Positions 1 through 9,744 of a DNA stretch of 64,000 nt are shown piece by piece. The notes under the pieces were generated by a model. That model ran no database searches. It saw nothing but the letters and a program-made list of their open reading frames with translations, and had not been told where the DNA came from. The translations under genes were made by a program, and so were the position numbers. The stretch is taken from positions 1,216,001 through 1,280,000 of the forward strand of contig CAWFQK010000004.1 in assembly GCA_963817955.1 (NCBI GenBank), read 5' to 3'. The first letter of the stretch is position 1; each line of letters begins with the position of its first letter. Origin of the DNA: an uncultured Gemmatimonadaceae bacterium (GTDB lineage Bacteria > Gemmatimonadota > Gemmatimonadetes > Gemmatimonadales > Gemmatimonadaceae).

Positions 1-85
1 CGCCCAGCCAACGCGGCGCCCAGCCGAAAATCACCCGTCAACCAACACGTCGTGAGAAATTCAGGCTAGCTAGGGACACCGGCGT

Positions 86-457
86 GGGACACGAGACACG
101 AGACACGAGACACGAGACACTCACAACGCATAACTCACCACTGGACACTCGAAACTCGCCGACCGGTGGGCCGACCGCTACGGAGCAGCCAGCGACATCC
201 AGCCGGCCAATACCCGGAGTCCAATCCGATCTCCCAGGTCCTTCGCTCAGGAGGACAGGCCGTCGCGGGTACAGTGATCAGGGGTGAGTTGTGAGTGGTG
301 AGTGGTGAGTGGTGAGTTGTGAGTTGTGAGTATACGGGTCATGCGCACCAGGGCGCCTGGCTCGCAGGCCACTATCGCCGGTCGGCGAGGTTCGAGTTTC
401 CAGTTGTGAGTTGTGCGTTGTGAGTGTCTCGTGTCCCGTGTCTCAGTTCCCGTGTCC
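86..457. repeat. Composite palindromic intergenic element: ~80-bp imperfect inverted arms (86-166 and 378-457) ending in heptamer runs, with an internal (GTGAGTK)x7 run at 284-332
   Basis: Left arm GGGACAC(GAGACAC)4-TCACAACGCATAACTCACCACTGGACACTCGAAACTCGCCGACCGG is a near-match reverse complement of the right arm CCGGTCGGCGAGGTTCGAGTTTCCAGTTGTGAGTTGTGCGTTGTGAGTGTCTCGTGTCCC. Segment 86-228 recurs inverted at 46964-47112. Confidence 0.9.
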
Positions 458-462
458 CCCGT

Positions 463-1503
463 TCAGTACGACACCGCACACCCGCCCGATCCCGCATCGA
501 CCCAATTCCGCTGCACGAGGAAGTTCTTCGCGCCGATCGCCATGTTGGCGGTGCCGCCGGCAGATGTCTTGTACGTCGAACCCCACGTCCACGCGCACTT
601 GTCGGCGTTTTCATATCCACGGCGATCGTACCACGCGTTGCCCATCATGTCCGTCGTGGTCTCCTCGGTTTCGTGAGCGATCGTGTTGACCTCGTAGTCC
701 GCGCCTGGATCGGGTGATCCGTTCGCCGGGGCATAGCCACTCGTGCATCCCGACGGATACGCGTAGTCGTAGGGCATCGCGGCGTAGAGCACCGTCTGCG
801 ACACACCGTTGATCGTCACGGTGCCGTGCGTGTGGTACGCGCAGTACTGCGTGCCGAACCCGCCACCGAGATTCACCTTGCCGGCGGTGAAGATGGCGTA
901 CAACGTGTTCGGATCGTACACGATCGCGCCCGAGGTGAAACCGCTCTGCAGCATCGAGATCATCTGGGCGTCGGTCACGGTCTGCGTCCCCGTGGGGACG
1001 TTCGTCGTGTTCGTCCAGTAGTGCGTGTAGTTGACGATATTGAGGACATGCGCACCCGAGGCGTTGTAATAGGTGGTGTTGATGTTGAAGTAGTTGGACC
1101 CACCAAGGTTGTTGAGGAAGTAGCCGACGAGCGATCCATCGCTCGAACCGGCACCGGTGCCGCTCGGCTGGCTCTTGTAAATGCCCGCGCCCCAATACAC
1201 GGCGACGACGTTCGTCGCGGCCTGAAGGACCGATCCTCCGTGGTAGTAGATGCCCGTGCCCGACGAGAACCCGAGCTTCAAGGCGTTGTCCGGAGCCTGA
1301 CTGGCAAACCACTGCTTCATGTGGAAGATGTGGCCCTTGCCACTCGGATCGTTGAACTCCGGTGAAAGGCTGAGACTCGGCGCGGTGGGGATGATGCTCC
1401 GGTTCGTGGGAGCGCTTGTCTGCTCCGAACAAGCGGCGAGGATGAGCGCCATGGCCGCACCCAACAAGGCCGTGCGGCGGTACACGAAGAATGAATGGGA
1501 CAT
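463..1503 (-). CDS. Lipoprotein of the phosphate-induced protein 1 (PHI-1)/EXORDIUM-like family
   Basis: GGAGG RBS before ATG 1503. Lipobox LILAAC. Motifs YHGGSVL, YCAYH, NTIAHETEETTTD, NAWYD..GYENADKCAW, FLVQRNW. Confidence 0.75.
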   Translation of the reverse strand: MSHSFFVYRRTALLGAAMALILAACSEQTSAPTNRSIIPTAPSLSLSPEFNDPSGKGHIFHMKQWFASQAPDNALKLGFSSGTGIYYHGGSVLQAATNVVAVYWGAGIYKSQPSGTGAGSSDGSLVGYFLNNLGGSNYFNINTTYYNASGAHVLNIVNYTHYWTNTTNVPTGTQTVTDAQMISMLQSGFTSGAIVYDPNTLYAIFTAGKVNLGGGFGTQYCAYHTHGTVTINGVSQTVLYAAMPYDYAYPSGCTSGYAPANGSPDPGADYEVNTIAHETEETTTDMMGNAWYDRRGYENADKCAWTWGSTYKTSAGGTANMAIGAKNFLVQRNWVDAGSGGCAVSY

Positions 1504-1792
1504 CTTCCGACCTCCAACAAAGTGGTCGCGCGCCGACACTAATGGCGGAGCGCACTCGTACACGCCGCATCGTCGCAACGGTCATCCCGCTCAATTGCAC
1601 ACCTGGAAGTATGAAATGAAACAAACGTTCTCAAGGGACATAAAGGATTTCTTTGTGGATCAAATGGCGGTGACGTGCCGCGATTATCGGACTCAGCCGG
1701 GTTGCCTCGCGCCGTAACCGAGCGCCTATTACTAGAGCGCGTGTCCCACCGTTCTTCCATCAGCAGCAACCGAATTACCAGGAGATTCGTCC

Positions 1793-4700
1793 ATGTCCCG
1801 TTCGTTGGTTCGGGTCGGCATATCGATGTGTGTGGCACTGGTCGGCGTCGGTTCGGCGTACAACCTCAGTCGCGGCGCCGAGCGCGAGAGCACCGGCGCG
1901 GTGCCGCCGGTGGATACGACGATCTGGAAGTCCTATCGCTGGCGCAGTGTCGGGCCGGACCGGGGTGGCCGGTCGATCGCCGTGAGCGGCGTGAAGGGCG
2001 AACCGAAGGTTGGGTACTTCGGCGCGACCGGCGGCGGATTATGGAAGACGACCGACGGCGGCACCACGTGGCACCCGGTGACCGACGACCAGATCACGAG
2101 CGCCTCGGTGGGCGCGGTGGCGGTGTCGGAATCCGACCCGAACGTCGTGTTCATTGGAACCGGCGAATCGTGCATCCGCGGCAACATCATGCCCGGCGAC
2201 GGAGTGTACAAGTCGGCCGATGCCGGCAAGACCTGGACGAAGGTTGGCTTCCAGAACTCTGATGCGATCTCGCGGATCCGCATTCATCCGACTGATCCGA
2301 ACATCGTGTTCGTGGCCGACTTCGGCAAATACGGGGTGCCGAGCGAAGAACGCGGAGTATTCAAGAGCACCGATGGCGGCAAGACGTGGCGCAAGGTGCT
2401 CTACCGTGGCCCGGAGACGGGTGCAGCGGACATTTCGATCGATCCGCACAACCCGAACGTGATGTACGCCGCGATGTGGGAGGCGTACCGCAAGGAATGG
2501 CAGATGTCGAGCGGCGGCGCGGGGAGCGGGCTGTTCAAGTCCACCGACGGCGGCGAGACCTGGACGGAGATCACGCGCGCCACAGGTCTGCCGAGTGGAA
2601 TCGACGGCAAGATCGGCGTTGCGGTTTCGCCGGCAGACCCCAATCGGGTCTACGCTCTCATCGAGAACGAGAGCGGCGGCCTGTTCCGCTCGGAAGACGC
2701 TGGTGCGACATGGGCGCAGGTGAACAACGAGCGCCGGTTCCGGCAGCGCGCGTTCTACTACACGCATGTCTTCGCCGACCCCAAGAACAAGGATCTCGTC
2801 TACATCGGCAACGTTGGCACTTTCCGCTCGCTGGATGGCGGCAAGACATTCGCGCAGCAACAATTCGCGGGCGGGGATTCGCACGATCTGTGGATTGACC
2901 CCGACAACACCGACCATGTCCTGCACGCCAGCGACGGCGGCGGCGCAGTCACGTATAACGCATCGAGCGACCAACGCACATGGAGTGCGCGCACGTATGC
3001 AACGGGCCAGTTCTACCATGTCGTGGCCACGTCACACGTGCCGTATTACGTCTGCGGCTCACAGCAGGACGCGAGCGAGGTGTGCGTTTCGAGCGCGCAG
3101 GCGGCGAGCTTCGGTCGCGGTGGTGGTGGTCGCGGCAACGCGGCGGCGGCGAGCTTCAGCCCCGGCGGCTCAGAAGACGGCTTCATTGCGCCCGATCCGC
3201 GCGATCCGGACGTGTTCTACTCGGGCACGAACGCGAACGGTGGCGGCTTCCTGACCAAGCTCAACCGCCGCACGGGTGAAGTGCGCGAGGTGAGCCCATA
3301 TCCGCGCATGTTCTCCGGCGAAGAATCGGCCGTGCTCAAGGAGCGCTGGCAGTGGACATATCCAATCGTCTTCTCACCGGTGGACACGCGGGTGCTGTAC
3401 GCCTCGTCGCAGCATTTGTGGAAGACGACGAACGGCGGGCAGAGCTGGGATCGCATCAGTCCTGATCTCACGCGTCACGATCCAAAGACGATGGGTCCGT
3501 CCGGTGGCCCGCTCACCCGCGACATGAACGGTCCCGAGGTGTACGCGGTGATCTTCGCCATCGCGCCATCCAAGCGCACGACAAACGTCATCTGGACGGG
3601 TTCGGACGACGGCATCATCAGCATGACGAAGGACGGCGGCAAGTCGTGGTCGAACGTCACGCCGAAGGGGATGCCCGATTTCGGCCGCGTGTCGATCATC
3701 GATGCCTCGCCATTCGATTCCGCATCGGCATACGTCGCCGTGAAGCGGCCGTTGCTCGACGACCGCGCGCCCTACATCTATCGCACCCATGACTTTGGCA
3801 AGACGTGGACGAAGATCGTCTCCGGCATTCGCGGTGACGACTACGTGCACGCGGTGCGCGCAGACCCCACGCGGAAGGGACTGCTCTACGCCAGTACGCA
3901 ACATGGCGTGTACATCTCGTATGACGATGGCGATCACTGGGAATCGCTGTCGCGCAACCTGCCGGACATTCCGGTGGCCGACCTGATCGTCACCGATCAC
4001 GATCTGGTGATCGCGACGCATGGCCGCGGATTCTATATCCTGGACAACATTGGACCGCTGCGTCAGTACACGCCGGCGATGGCGTCGGCGAGCGACGTCG
4101 TGCTGTTCAAGCCCTCGACGGCCATTCGCGCTGGTTCGCCGGCAACGATCCAATACTGGCTCAAGAAACCCGCGCAGACCGTTCGCATCGAGATCGTCGA
4201 CGCAAAGGGCCAGGTGGTCCGCACGTATCCCGACACAACGAACTCCGGTGGACGCGGTGGTCGCGGCGCGCCGGCCGACGAAGCTCCGGCGGGTGGCGGC
4301 CGTGGACGTGGCGGTCCGCCAGCGCCAACGAAGACTGTGGGCCTGAACGCGTTCACGTGGGACTTGCGCTACGCGCCGGCGGTGACCTTCCCGGGGATGA
4401 TTCTGTGGGGCGGCAATACCAATGGCCCACAGGCTGCGCCCGGCACCTACACCGTGCGCCTCACCGCCGATACCAAAACGGTGACACAGCCGATCGTCGT
4501 GAGCCGCAACCCGCTGCACGAAGCAACCGACGCCGATCTCCAGGCGCAGCTCACGCTGGCCTTGCAGCTTCGCGACAAGGTGAGCGAAGCGAACGGCGCC
4601 GTCGTACAGATGCGCAGTGTGAAGCAGCAGGTCATCGACCGGTTGGCGAAGTCGCAGGACGGACAGCTCAAGTCGGCCGGCGATCGTCTCACGACCAACC

Positions 4701-4993
4701 TTGGCGCGGTGGAGGAGGAGATCTACCAGGTGAAGAACCAGAGCGGCCAGGACCCGCTCAACTTCCCGATCAAGGTCAATAACCGCCTCGCCTCGCTTCT
4801 CGGCGTGGTTTCCAACCCGGATGCGCGCCCGATCGCGAGCGCGTATCCCATCTTCACCGACCTCAAAGCCGAGCTGAAGGTGCAGACCGACCGCATGCAG
4901 AAAGTGCTGGCGACGGACCTGCCGTTGTTCAATGCCGAAGCCAAGCGCGTAGGGCTCGAGCCAATCATCTTGGCAAAGCCCGTGGTGTTTTGA
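1793..4993 (+). CDS. VPS10/sortilin-like BNR-repeat beta-propeller glycosyl hydrolase family protein
   Basis: 1066 aa with signal peptide and AGGAG RBS. WRSVGPDRGGRS start, many S/TxDGGxTW Asp-box repeats, ATHGRGFYILD motif, C-terminal helical tail. Confidence 0.9.
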   Translation: MSRSLVRVGISMCVALVGVGSAYNLSRGAERESTGAVPPVDTTIWKSYRWRSVGPDRGGRSIAVSGVKGEPKVGYFGATGGGLWKTTDGGTTWHPVTDDQITSASVGAVAVSESDPNVVFIGTGESCIRGNIMPGDGVYKSADAGKTWTKVGFQNSDAISRIRIHPTDPNIVFVADFGKYGVPSEERGVFKSTDGGKTWRKVLYRGPETGAADISIDPHNPNVMYAAMWEAYRKEWQMSSGGAGSGLFKSTDGGETWTEITRATGLPSGIDGKIGVAVSPADPNRVYALIENESGGLFRSEDAGATWAQVNNERRFRQRAFYYTHVFADPKNKDLVYIGNVGTFRSLDGGKTFAQQQFAGGDSHDLWIDPDNTDHVLHASDGGGAVTYNASSDQRTWSARTYATGQFYHVVATSHVPYYVCGSQQDASEVCVSSAQAASFGRGGGGRGNAAAASFSPGGSEDGFIAPDPRDPDVFYSGTNANGGGFLTKLNRRTGEVREVSPYPRMFSGEESAVLKERWQWTYPIVFSPVDTRVLYASSQHLWKTTNGGQSWDRISPDLTRHDPKTMGPSGGPLTRDMNGPEVYAVIFAIAPSKRTTNVIWTGSDDGIISMTKDGGKSWSNVTPKGMPDFGRVSIIDASPFDSASAYVAVKRPLLDDRAPYIYRTHDFGKTWTKIVSGIRGDDYVHAVRADPTRKGLLYASTQHGVYISYDDGDHWESLSRNLPDIPVADLIVTDHDLVIATHGRGFYILDNIGPLRQYTPAMASASDVVLFKPSTAIRAGSPATIQYWLKKPAQTVRIEIVDAKGQVVRTYPDTTNSGGRGGRGAPADEAPAGGGRGRGGPPAPTKTVGLNAFTWDLRYAPAVTFPGMILWGGNTNGPQAAPGTYTVRLTADTKTVTQPIVVSRNPLHEATDADLQAQLTLALQLRDKVSEANGAVVQMRSVKQQVIDRLAKSQDGQLKSAGDRLTTNLGAVEEEIYQVKNQSGQDPLNFPIKVNNRLASLLGVVSNPDARPIASAYPIFTDLKAELKVQTDRMQKVLATDLPLFNAEAKRVGLEPIILAKPVVF

Positions 4994-5021
4994 GATAAGC
5001 GCCACGCGGCAGAGCGAGTCA

Positions 5022-5055
5022 CAAAAGGGCCCGGGGATAACCCCGGGCCCTTTTG
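5022..5055. terminator. Bidirectional rho-independent terminator
   Basis: CAAAAGGGCCCGGGG-ATAA-CCCCGGGCCCTTTTG perfect stem with A/T tails, between convergent genes. Confidence 0.9.
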
Positions 5056-5066
5056 ACGATCTTCCC

Positions 5067-5087
5067 GTGTCCCGTGTCCCGTGTCTA
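5067..5087. repeat. Heptamer run (GTGTCCC)2GTGTCTA overlapping the stop codon of the GSP-synthase-like gene
   Basis: Read directly from the sequence. Confidence 0.8.
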
Positions 5088-6224
5088 TCTGAACAGGTGC
5101 GGCACGAATCGCGAAGTGTTGCCGGTCACCCAGCCGTCCCCTTCGCGCACACCCATGCCCGCCGCTTCCTGGCCGATGACCCAACTACCGAGCACCGGGC
5201 GTTTGCCGTCGAATTCCGGAATCGGTGCCAACTGCTGAAAGACGTAGCCCTCCGCGCCGTACTCGCCGGTCGACGCCAGATGCTCCTTCATCGTGTGAAC
5301 GGTGACGTTTGCGCCTTCACGCGACAGGAGCGGTTTCTTGACGTACTCGAACATTCCGTTCGGTTCGTTGAGATACGCCGGCAACAGGTTGGGATGCCCA
5401 GGGAACAGGTCCCACAAGATCGCCAGAATCCCTTTGTTGGAGAGAATCATCTTCCACGCCGGCTCGATGAACTGCGCACCGGACGCTTCAATGAATTCGG
5501 CAAAGGGCTCGTTGATCACCCATTCCCACGGATAGAGTTTGAAGAGCGAGTCGATGCGGAGGCTCGACAAGTCGACCAGCTCGCGCGCGCCTGGATCCCA
5601 GCCGATGTCTGAAACGGCGAGGAGTTGCGCACGCAAGCCTGCTTGCACGGCCGTTTCCGCCAGGTACGCAGTCGTGATGCCATCTTCGATGTCGTCCATC
5701 GACGCAAAATGGACGAGCGGCCCAAGCGGCCCCGCGCGCCGAAGGTACGGTGCGACCGAGCGCCACTGCTCCACCAGCCGTTCGTGAATTGAATTGAACT
5801 GATCGGCGCCAGGCTGCGTCGCCTCGAGCCAGTCCCACTGGATGACTGATGCTTCGAGGAGCGACGTGGGCGTGTCGGCGTTGTATTCGAGCATCACGGG
5901 CGGAGACTTCCCGTCGAAGGCCAGATCGAAGCGGCCATACATGGACGGCGGCTCGGCCGACCAGGCGCGCTCGATGAGCGGAACGGCGCGCGACGGAATC
6001 TTCAGCTCGTCATAGCGCCGCTCATCGATAACGTGCTGCACGGCCTCCAGGCAGCGCTCGTGCAGCTCGTTCGTCGCGCGCTCGATGGCGTCGATCTCGT
6101 CACTCGTGAAGCGATAGTATGCGTCCTCGCTCCAATACGCGGTCTCACCGGTATGCCACTTCAGCCCTCGGGCCTCGACTGCCAATTGCCAGTCGGCGCG
6201 CGGTGTCGTGATGATGCGTTCCAT
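5085..6224 (-). CDS. Glutathionylspermidine synthase family ATP-grasp protein (YgiC-like)
   Basis: Motifs YGRFDL, EYNADTPTSLLE, FKLYPWE, EPAWKMILSNKG, YVKKPLLSREGANV, SRFVPH. Confidence 0.92.
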   Translation of the reverse strand: MERIITTPRADWQLAVEARGLKWHTGETAYWSEDAYYRFTSDEIDAIERATNELHERCLEAVQHVIDERRYDELKIPSRAVPLIERAWSAEPPSMYGRFDLAFDGKSPPVMLEYNADTPTSLLEASVIQWDWLEATQPGADQFNSIHERLVEQWRSVAPYLRRAGPLGPLVHFASMDDIEDGITTAYLAETAVQAGLRAQLLAVSDIGWDPGARELVDLSSLRIDSLFKLYPWEWVINEPFAEFIEASGAQFIEPAWKMILSNKGILAILWDLFPGHPNLLPAYLNEPNGMFEYVKKPLLSREGANVTVHTMKEHLASTGEYGAEGYVFQQLAPIPEFDGKRPVLGSWVIGQEAAGMGVREGDGWVTGNTSRFVPHLFR

Positions 6225-6242
6225 GTCTGTGCGGGTTCGAGG

Positions 6243-6641
6243 TCAGCTACCGGACGCGCCGTGACCTTCACCGATGCCGCCGAATCCGCCGCGGACCACG
6301 CCGGCACGCGCCGGCGCAGCGGCCGATGGCGCGTACACCGTGGGCGCCATCGAACGCACCGTTCCTCCCGAGGCGCGATAGCGATTGAACTGGCTCAGGT
6401 AGTAGATGCCGGCGAATGGATAGCTGTGCGGATACCATGCACCGCCGTACCAGTAGCCGCGATGCACGACCGCGGAGTCACAGGCGGCCTGTACATACCA
6501 TCCAGGATCGCATGGATCGTACGAATTGTGCCCGCCGCCGCACGCGACCAGCGCGGCGAAGGCAGGCAGGATGGTGAGTGGCACGCGGCGCGAACGGCGG
6601 CGCTGCTTGTCGGAAGAGGGATGCATGTGAGCAGGACGCAC
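6243..6641 (-). CDS. Small lipoprotein, YgiB/DUF1190-like partner of the GSP synthase-like gene
   Basis: Lipobox ALVAC, C-terminal VVRGGFGG motif, immediately upstream of the ygiC-like gene. Start could be 6626. Confidence 0.75.
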   Translation of the reverse strand: MRPAHMHPSSDKQRRRSRRVPLTILPAFAALVACGGGHNSYDPCDPGWYVQAACDSAVVHRGYWYGGAWYPHSYPFAGIYYLSQFNRYRASGGTVRSMAPTVYAPSAAAPARAGVVRGGFGGIGEGHGASGS

Positions 6642-6934
6642 GGCGTCCCCAATAGGTCATGGACGAGCCGGCGGCCAGGCACTCGGCGCCGACGTTGATC
6701 ACTACGTGCCTCGAGCTCTGGAAGTTTTGGCGGGGTAAGCTACCTGCCTGACGCGCCACAGGTCACGGTACTGTGCAGGCCGCCCACCATACTTCTATGA
6801 TGACGGCCGGCGCGACTCAGAGGGTTCACATAATCCGAACATCTCCTGATCTCCAACCTTGAATCTTTGGTTCTCGAAGTCGCGTATGGCCTGTCAGAGG
6901 CACACGCCACCCCACGATCTCAGGAGACACCACC

Positions 6935-7336
6935 ATGACACTCGCCACGACGATTCTCGCACTCACGCTCATCGGGCCCACCGCGCCAACGAGCATCAAC
7001 CATACGGCCGCCCGCGCGCCGGCACCACCATGCATTGCACCCGCGCACACCGGTGCCTTCCGTGTCACTACGAGTCGTACTGATGGTACCGATCCACGCC
7101 CGGCGATGCTCGTGCTCGAAAACATCAACGGCTGTCTCGAGGTAAACTTCGTCACCGACGAGACGAGCCCGGCAATCATGGATCAGCTGGCGCTCGACGG
7201 CGACATGTTGAAGGGAGCGATCAATCTGCAGCAGGGCGTGGCCACGGTCTCGCTGCAATTCAACGGCAATAACGTTGCTGGCTCGATCGTCACAGGGCAT
7301 CAGACGTGGCGTCTGGACGGACGCCGCACGACGTGA
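6935..7336 (+). CDS. Hypothetical secreted beta-rich protein
   Basis: CAGGAGA RBS, signal peptide, protein-like composition. Confidence 0.7.
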   Translation: MTLATTILALTLIGPTAPTSINHTAARAPAPPCIAPAHTGAFRVTTSRTDGTDPRPAMLVLENINGCLEVNFVTDETSPAIMDQLALDGDMLKGAINLQQGVATVSLQFNGNNVAGSIVTGHQTWRLDGRRTT

Positions 7337-7380
7337 CACATGTAGGATGTCAGGCGCCAGGCATGGAATTCCTGGCGCCA

Positions 7381-9246
7381 TCACGTAGCAGGGTGCATCA
7401 CCATCGTGTCGGGACGCGCCAGCGTATCGCGTTTTCTCGTTGTGTCGCGCTTCGCAGTCGTATCGCGCTTCACCGCGGTGTCCCGCTTCACTGCTGTGTC
7501 GCGACGCGTTGAGCTGTCGGCACGCGGCACTGAGGTCTCCGGTCTCACGACCGTATCGGGCCGTGGCCGCGCGGCCGCGACGGGTTTCACTCCTCGCTGA
7601 CGATCCGCGCGCCGCGTGGTGGACGGCGGCGGCGTTCGCGGTGTGTTTCCTCGAGTCGGCCCGGCGAACGGATTGGCAATCGCGGCGGCAGCCGTGCTGT
7701 CCGCGGTGCTCGAGCTCTGCCCCGCCGTGGGCATGGAGACGCCGGACGGCGCGAACGGCGGACCGGCACGCGGTGCGAGCGTGCCGCCAGCGGATTGGGT
7801 GAGGAATCCGCCGCGTGGAACAATACCCTGCTCCGCCCCCGGCGCGGTTGGCACAATCGTGGATTTCCCGATCGTGACGACCATCTGATCATTTCGCGCG
7901 GCGCGATGATGTATCACGATCGCCAGCACGATCACGGCAAGGACGAATGCGAGTATACTGATGGGAATGACCCACCCAGGGCGCGACGGGCGAGGCGTCT
8001 GCTGCCGCGCGATCAACTTGTCGAGCGTTGCGAATGCGGCAGGCGACTGCAGGCGTTCGTCCCAGACCACCGGTGCGAACACCCGTGGATCCGGTCGCTC
8101 CTCGAAGAGCGATTCGTCGACCGCCTCGCTCAGCCTCGGCGCCCTTGGCAGCGCCGCTTTCGCCAAACGTCGCTGCTCGGCGATCCGATACGCTTCGAAG
8201 TCCTTCCGGTACGCGTCGAACTTCGCGAGCCGCTGCTCGAGCAGCGCGACTTGGGCCTCGAGCCCGGCGCGGACCGCCGCCATATTCGCTTGCCGTTCGC
8301 CCATGACGCGATCGAAATCGGCGCGTTGTTCCGCGAATTCCATCTCCCGCTCCTGCCGCTGGCGTTCGAACGCGACGCGCTCGTCATCGAGCATCGCCAC
8401 GTGCTTGGCGGCGAGCCGCTCCGCTTTCAGACGCTCATTCTCGCACTGGGCCAGTTCGCGTCGATGCCGCTCGGAATACTCCTCTTGCATCGCCGCCATC
8501 TGAACCTCGGCCTGCTTCAGCACGTCGCCGGACGCGATCATGCTGAGAAACGCCTGAACGTCCGGTGCGTTGCCGTGCTCGTCATAGCGCACCATCTTCT
8601 CGATCGCGTCCACGACGCGCTGCGCGAGGTTTGGGCAGAGCGTGGCAAGCGATACGGAATCGCTCGCTCGATACGGGGCGCCGCTGAGCATGGTCCAGGC
8701 GAGCGCACCTATCGTTCGTGCATCTCCTCGTTCATCAGGGAGTCGATCGAGCGGGAGCGGCGTCACCTCAAAGGAGACGACGACGCGATTCGTCCCCTCC
8801 TCGAACGCGAGCGTGTCCGGCGTGATGCCTCGATGCACCACGCCCTGCGCCCGCGCCCAAGCCAGGATGTTGCTGACCTCGAGGAGCACGGATGCGATCC
8901 GCGGGTTGGCGAACCTCTCATGGCGAGCGAGGAGTTCGGTCAGCGTGGTGCTGCGGACGCGTTCGGTAATCGTGGCGAACGCATCCTTTCCGATCCAGCG
9001 GCCTTCGATTACCTGCCGCACGGCGGCGTGGTGCGCGTTCGCGAGCAGCTGGGCGTCGGCAGCGTAGAGGGGCAACGCGTTGTTGCCACCGGCGGTCGAC
9101 GCATCGACTACCGTCACAAGGACGTCGTCGCCAGTATCGAGGCGCCGAGCGAAGTACCGGCGGGGGCCGCCGCCGCGGAGCTCTCCTAGTAATTCGTACT
9201 TATCGTCGAGCGCCTCGAGGGAAGGCGCATCCTGGACCTGGGGCAT
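7381..9246 (-). CDS. Membrane-anchored Ser/Thr kinase-like protein (probable pseudokinase) with coiled coil and repetitive C-terminus
   Basis: Kinase-like N-terminus (YELLGELRGGG; VVHRGITPDT), E/R/Q-rich coiled coil, one TM helix, C-terminal (K/R)RDTxx hexapeptide repeats. Confidence 0.8.
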   Translation of the reverse strand: MPQVQDAPSLEALDDKYELLGELRGGGPRRYFARRLDTGDDVLVTVVDASTAGGNNALPLYAADAQLLANAHHAAVRQVIEGRWIGKDAFATITERVRSTTLTELLARHERFANPRIASVLLEVSNILAWARAQGVVHRGITPDTLAFEEGTNRVVVSFEVTPLPLDRLPDERGDARTIGALAWTMLSGAPYRASDSVSLATLCPNLAQRVVDAIEKMVRYDEHGNAPDVQAFLSMIASGDVLKQAEVQMAAMQEEYSERHRRELAQCENERLKAERLAAKHVAMLDDERVAFERQRQEREMEFAEQRADFDRVMGERQANMAAVRAGLEAQVALLEQRLAKFDAYRKDFEAYRIAEQRRLAKAALPRAPRLSEAVDESLFEERPDPRVFAPVVWDERLQSPAAFATLDKLIARQQTPRPSRPGWVIPISILAFVLAVIVLAIVIHHRAARNDQMVVTIGKSTIVPTAPGAEQGIVPRGGFLTQSAGGTLAPRAGPPFAPSGVSMPTAGQSSSTADSTAAAAIANPFAGPTRGNTPRTPPPSTTRRADRQRGVKPVAAARPRPDTVVRPETSVPRADSSTRRDTAVKRDTAVKRDTTAKRDTTRKRDTLARPDTMVMHPAT

Positions 9247-9345
9247 GGTTGCAGCTCAGTTCACGACACGGGCTCTGGGCTATTCGCCACCAAGAGTGCG
9301 TGATCTGTGCCGCGCCGGATCCGAGGTGAGATCGCACCACGTCCA

Positions 9346-9744
9346 TCAGTCCTCAGTGGAACGCCGAAGCCGCGGTGCTACGCGTACCGCCGTGCCGTAG
9401 CACAGCACTTCGGAGACCCCGGCCATGATCTCCGTCGCATCGTACCGGACGGCGATGAGCGCGTTGCCGCCCAGCGCCCTGGCGTGCTCGACGGCGTTCT
9501 CGAATGCCTCGGCGCGGGTACGCTCGCAGAGATCCGCGAGCAGCGAGATGTTGCCGCCAGCCAACATTTGAAGTTTCGCGCCAAAGGTGCCAAACACCGA
9601 TCGCGAGCGCACGATGATACCGCGCACGATGCCAAAATTTTGCGTGACGTCGTAACCGTCCAGCGCGTTGCTGGTCGTGGTCAGAAAATCCGCCGTCGGG
9701 AATCTGGTCATGGAAGTCGTCCGTGAGTGGTGAGCCAACGTCAT
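9346..9744 (-). CDS. YbjQ/UPF0145 family protein
   Basis: [36 protein letters not shown] overlap with the cysK stop; alternative start 9711. Confidence 0.9.
   Translation of the reverse strand: MTLAHHSRTTSMTRFPTADFLTTTSNALDGYDVTQNFGIVRGIIVRSRSVFGTFGAKLQMLAGGNISLLADLCERTRAEAFENAVEHARALGGNALIAVRYDATEIMAGVSEVLCYGTAVRVAPRLRRSTED

Noticed and set aside
1..69. Possible 3' end of an upstream plus-strand gene
   Set aside because: Only 22 codons with no recognisable motif; cannot be supported.
84..287. ORF MGHETRDTRHET... and similar short ORFs (372-620, 42201-42389, 31450-31773)
   Set aside because: These are translations of DNA repeats.
3374..5005. Long antisense or alternate-frame ORFs (also 25511-27199, 36547-38268, 7795-9189, 37121-38455)
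   Set aside because: Shadow ORFs of well-supported genes in high-GC DNA; Arg/His-rich with no motifs.
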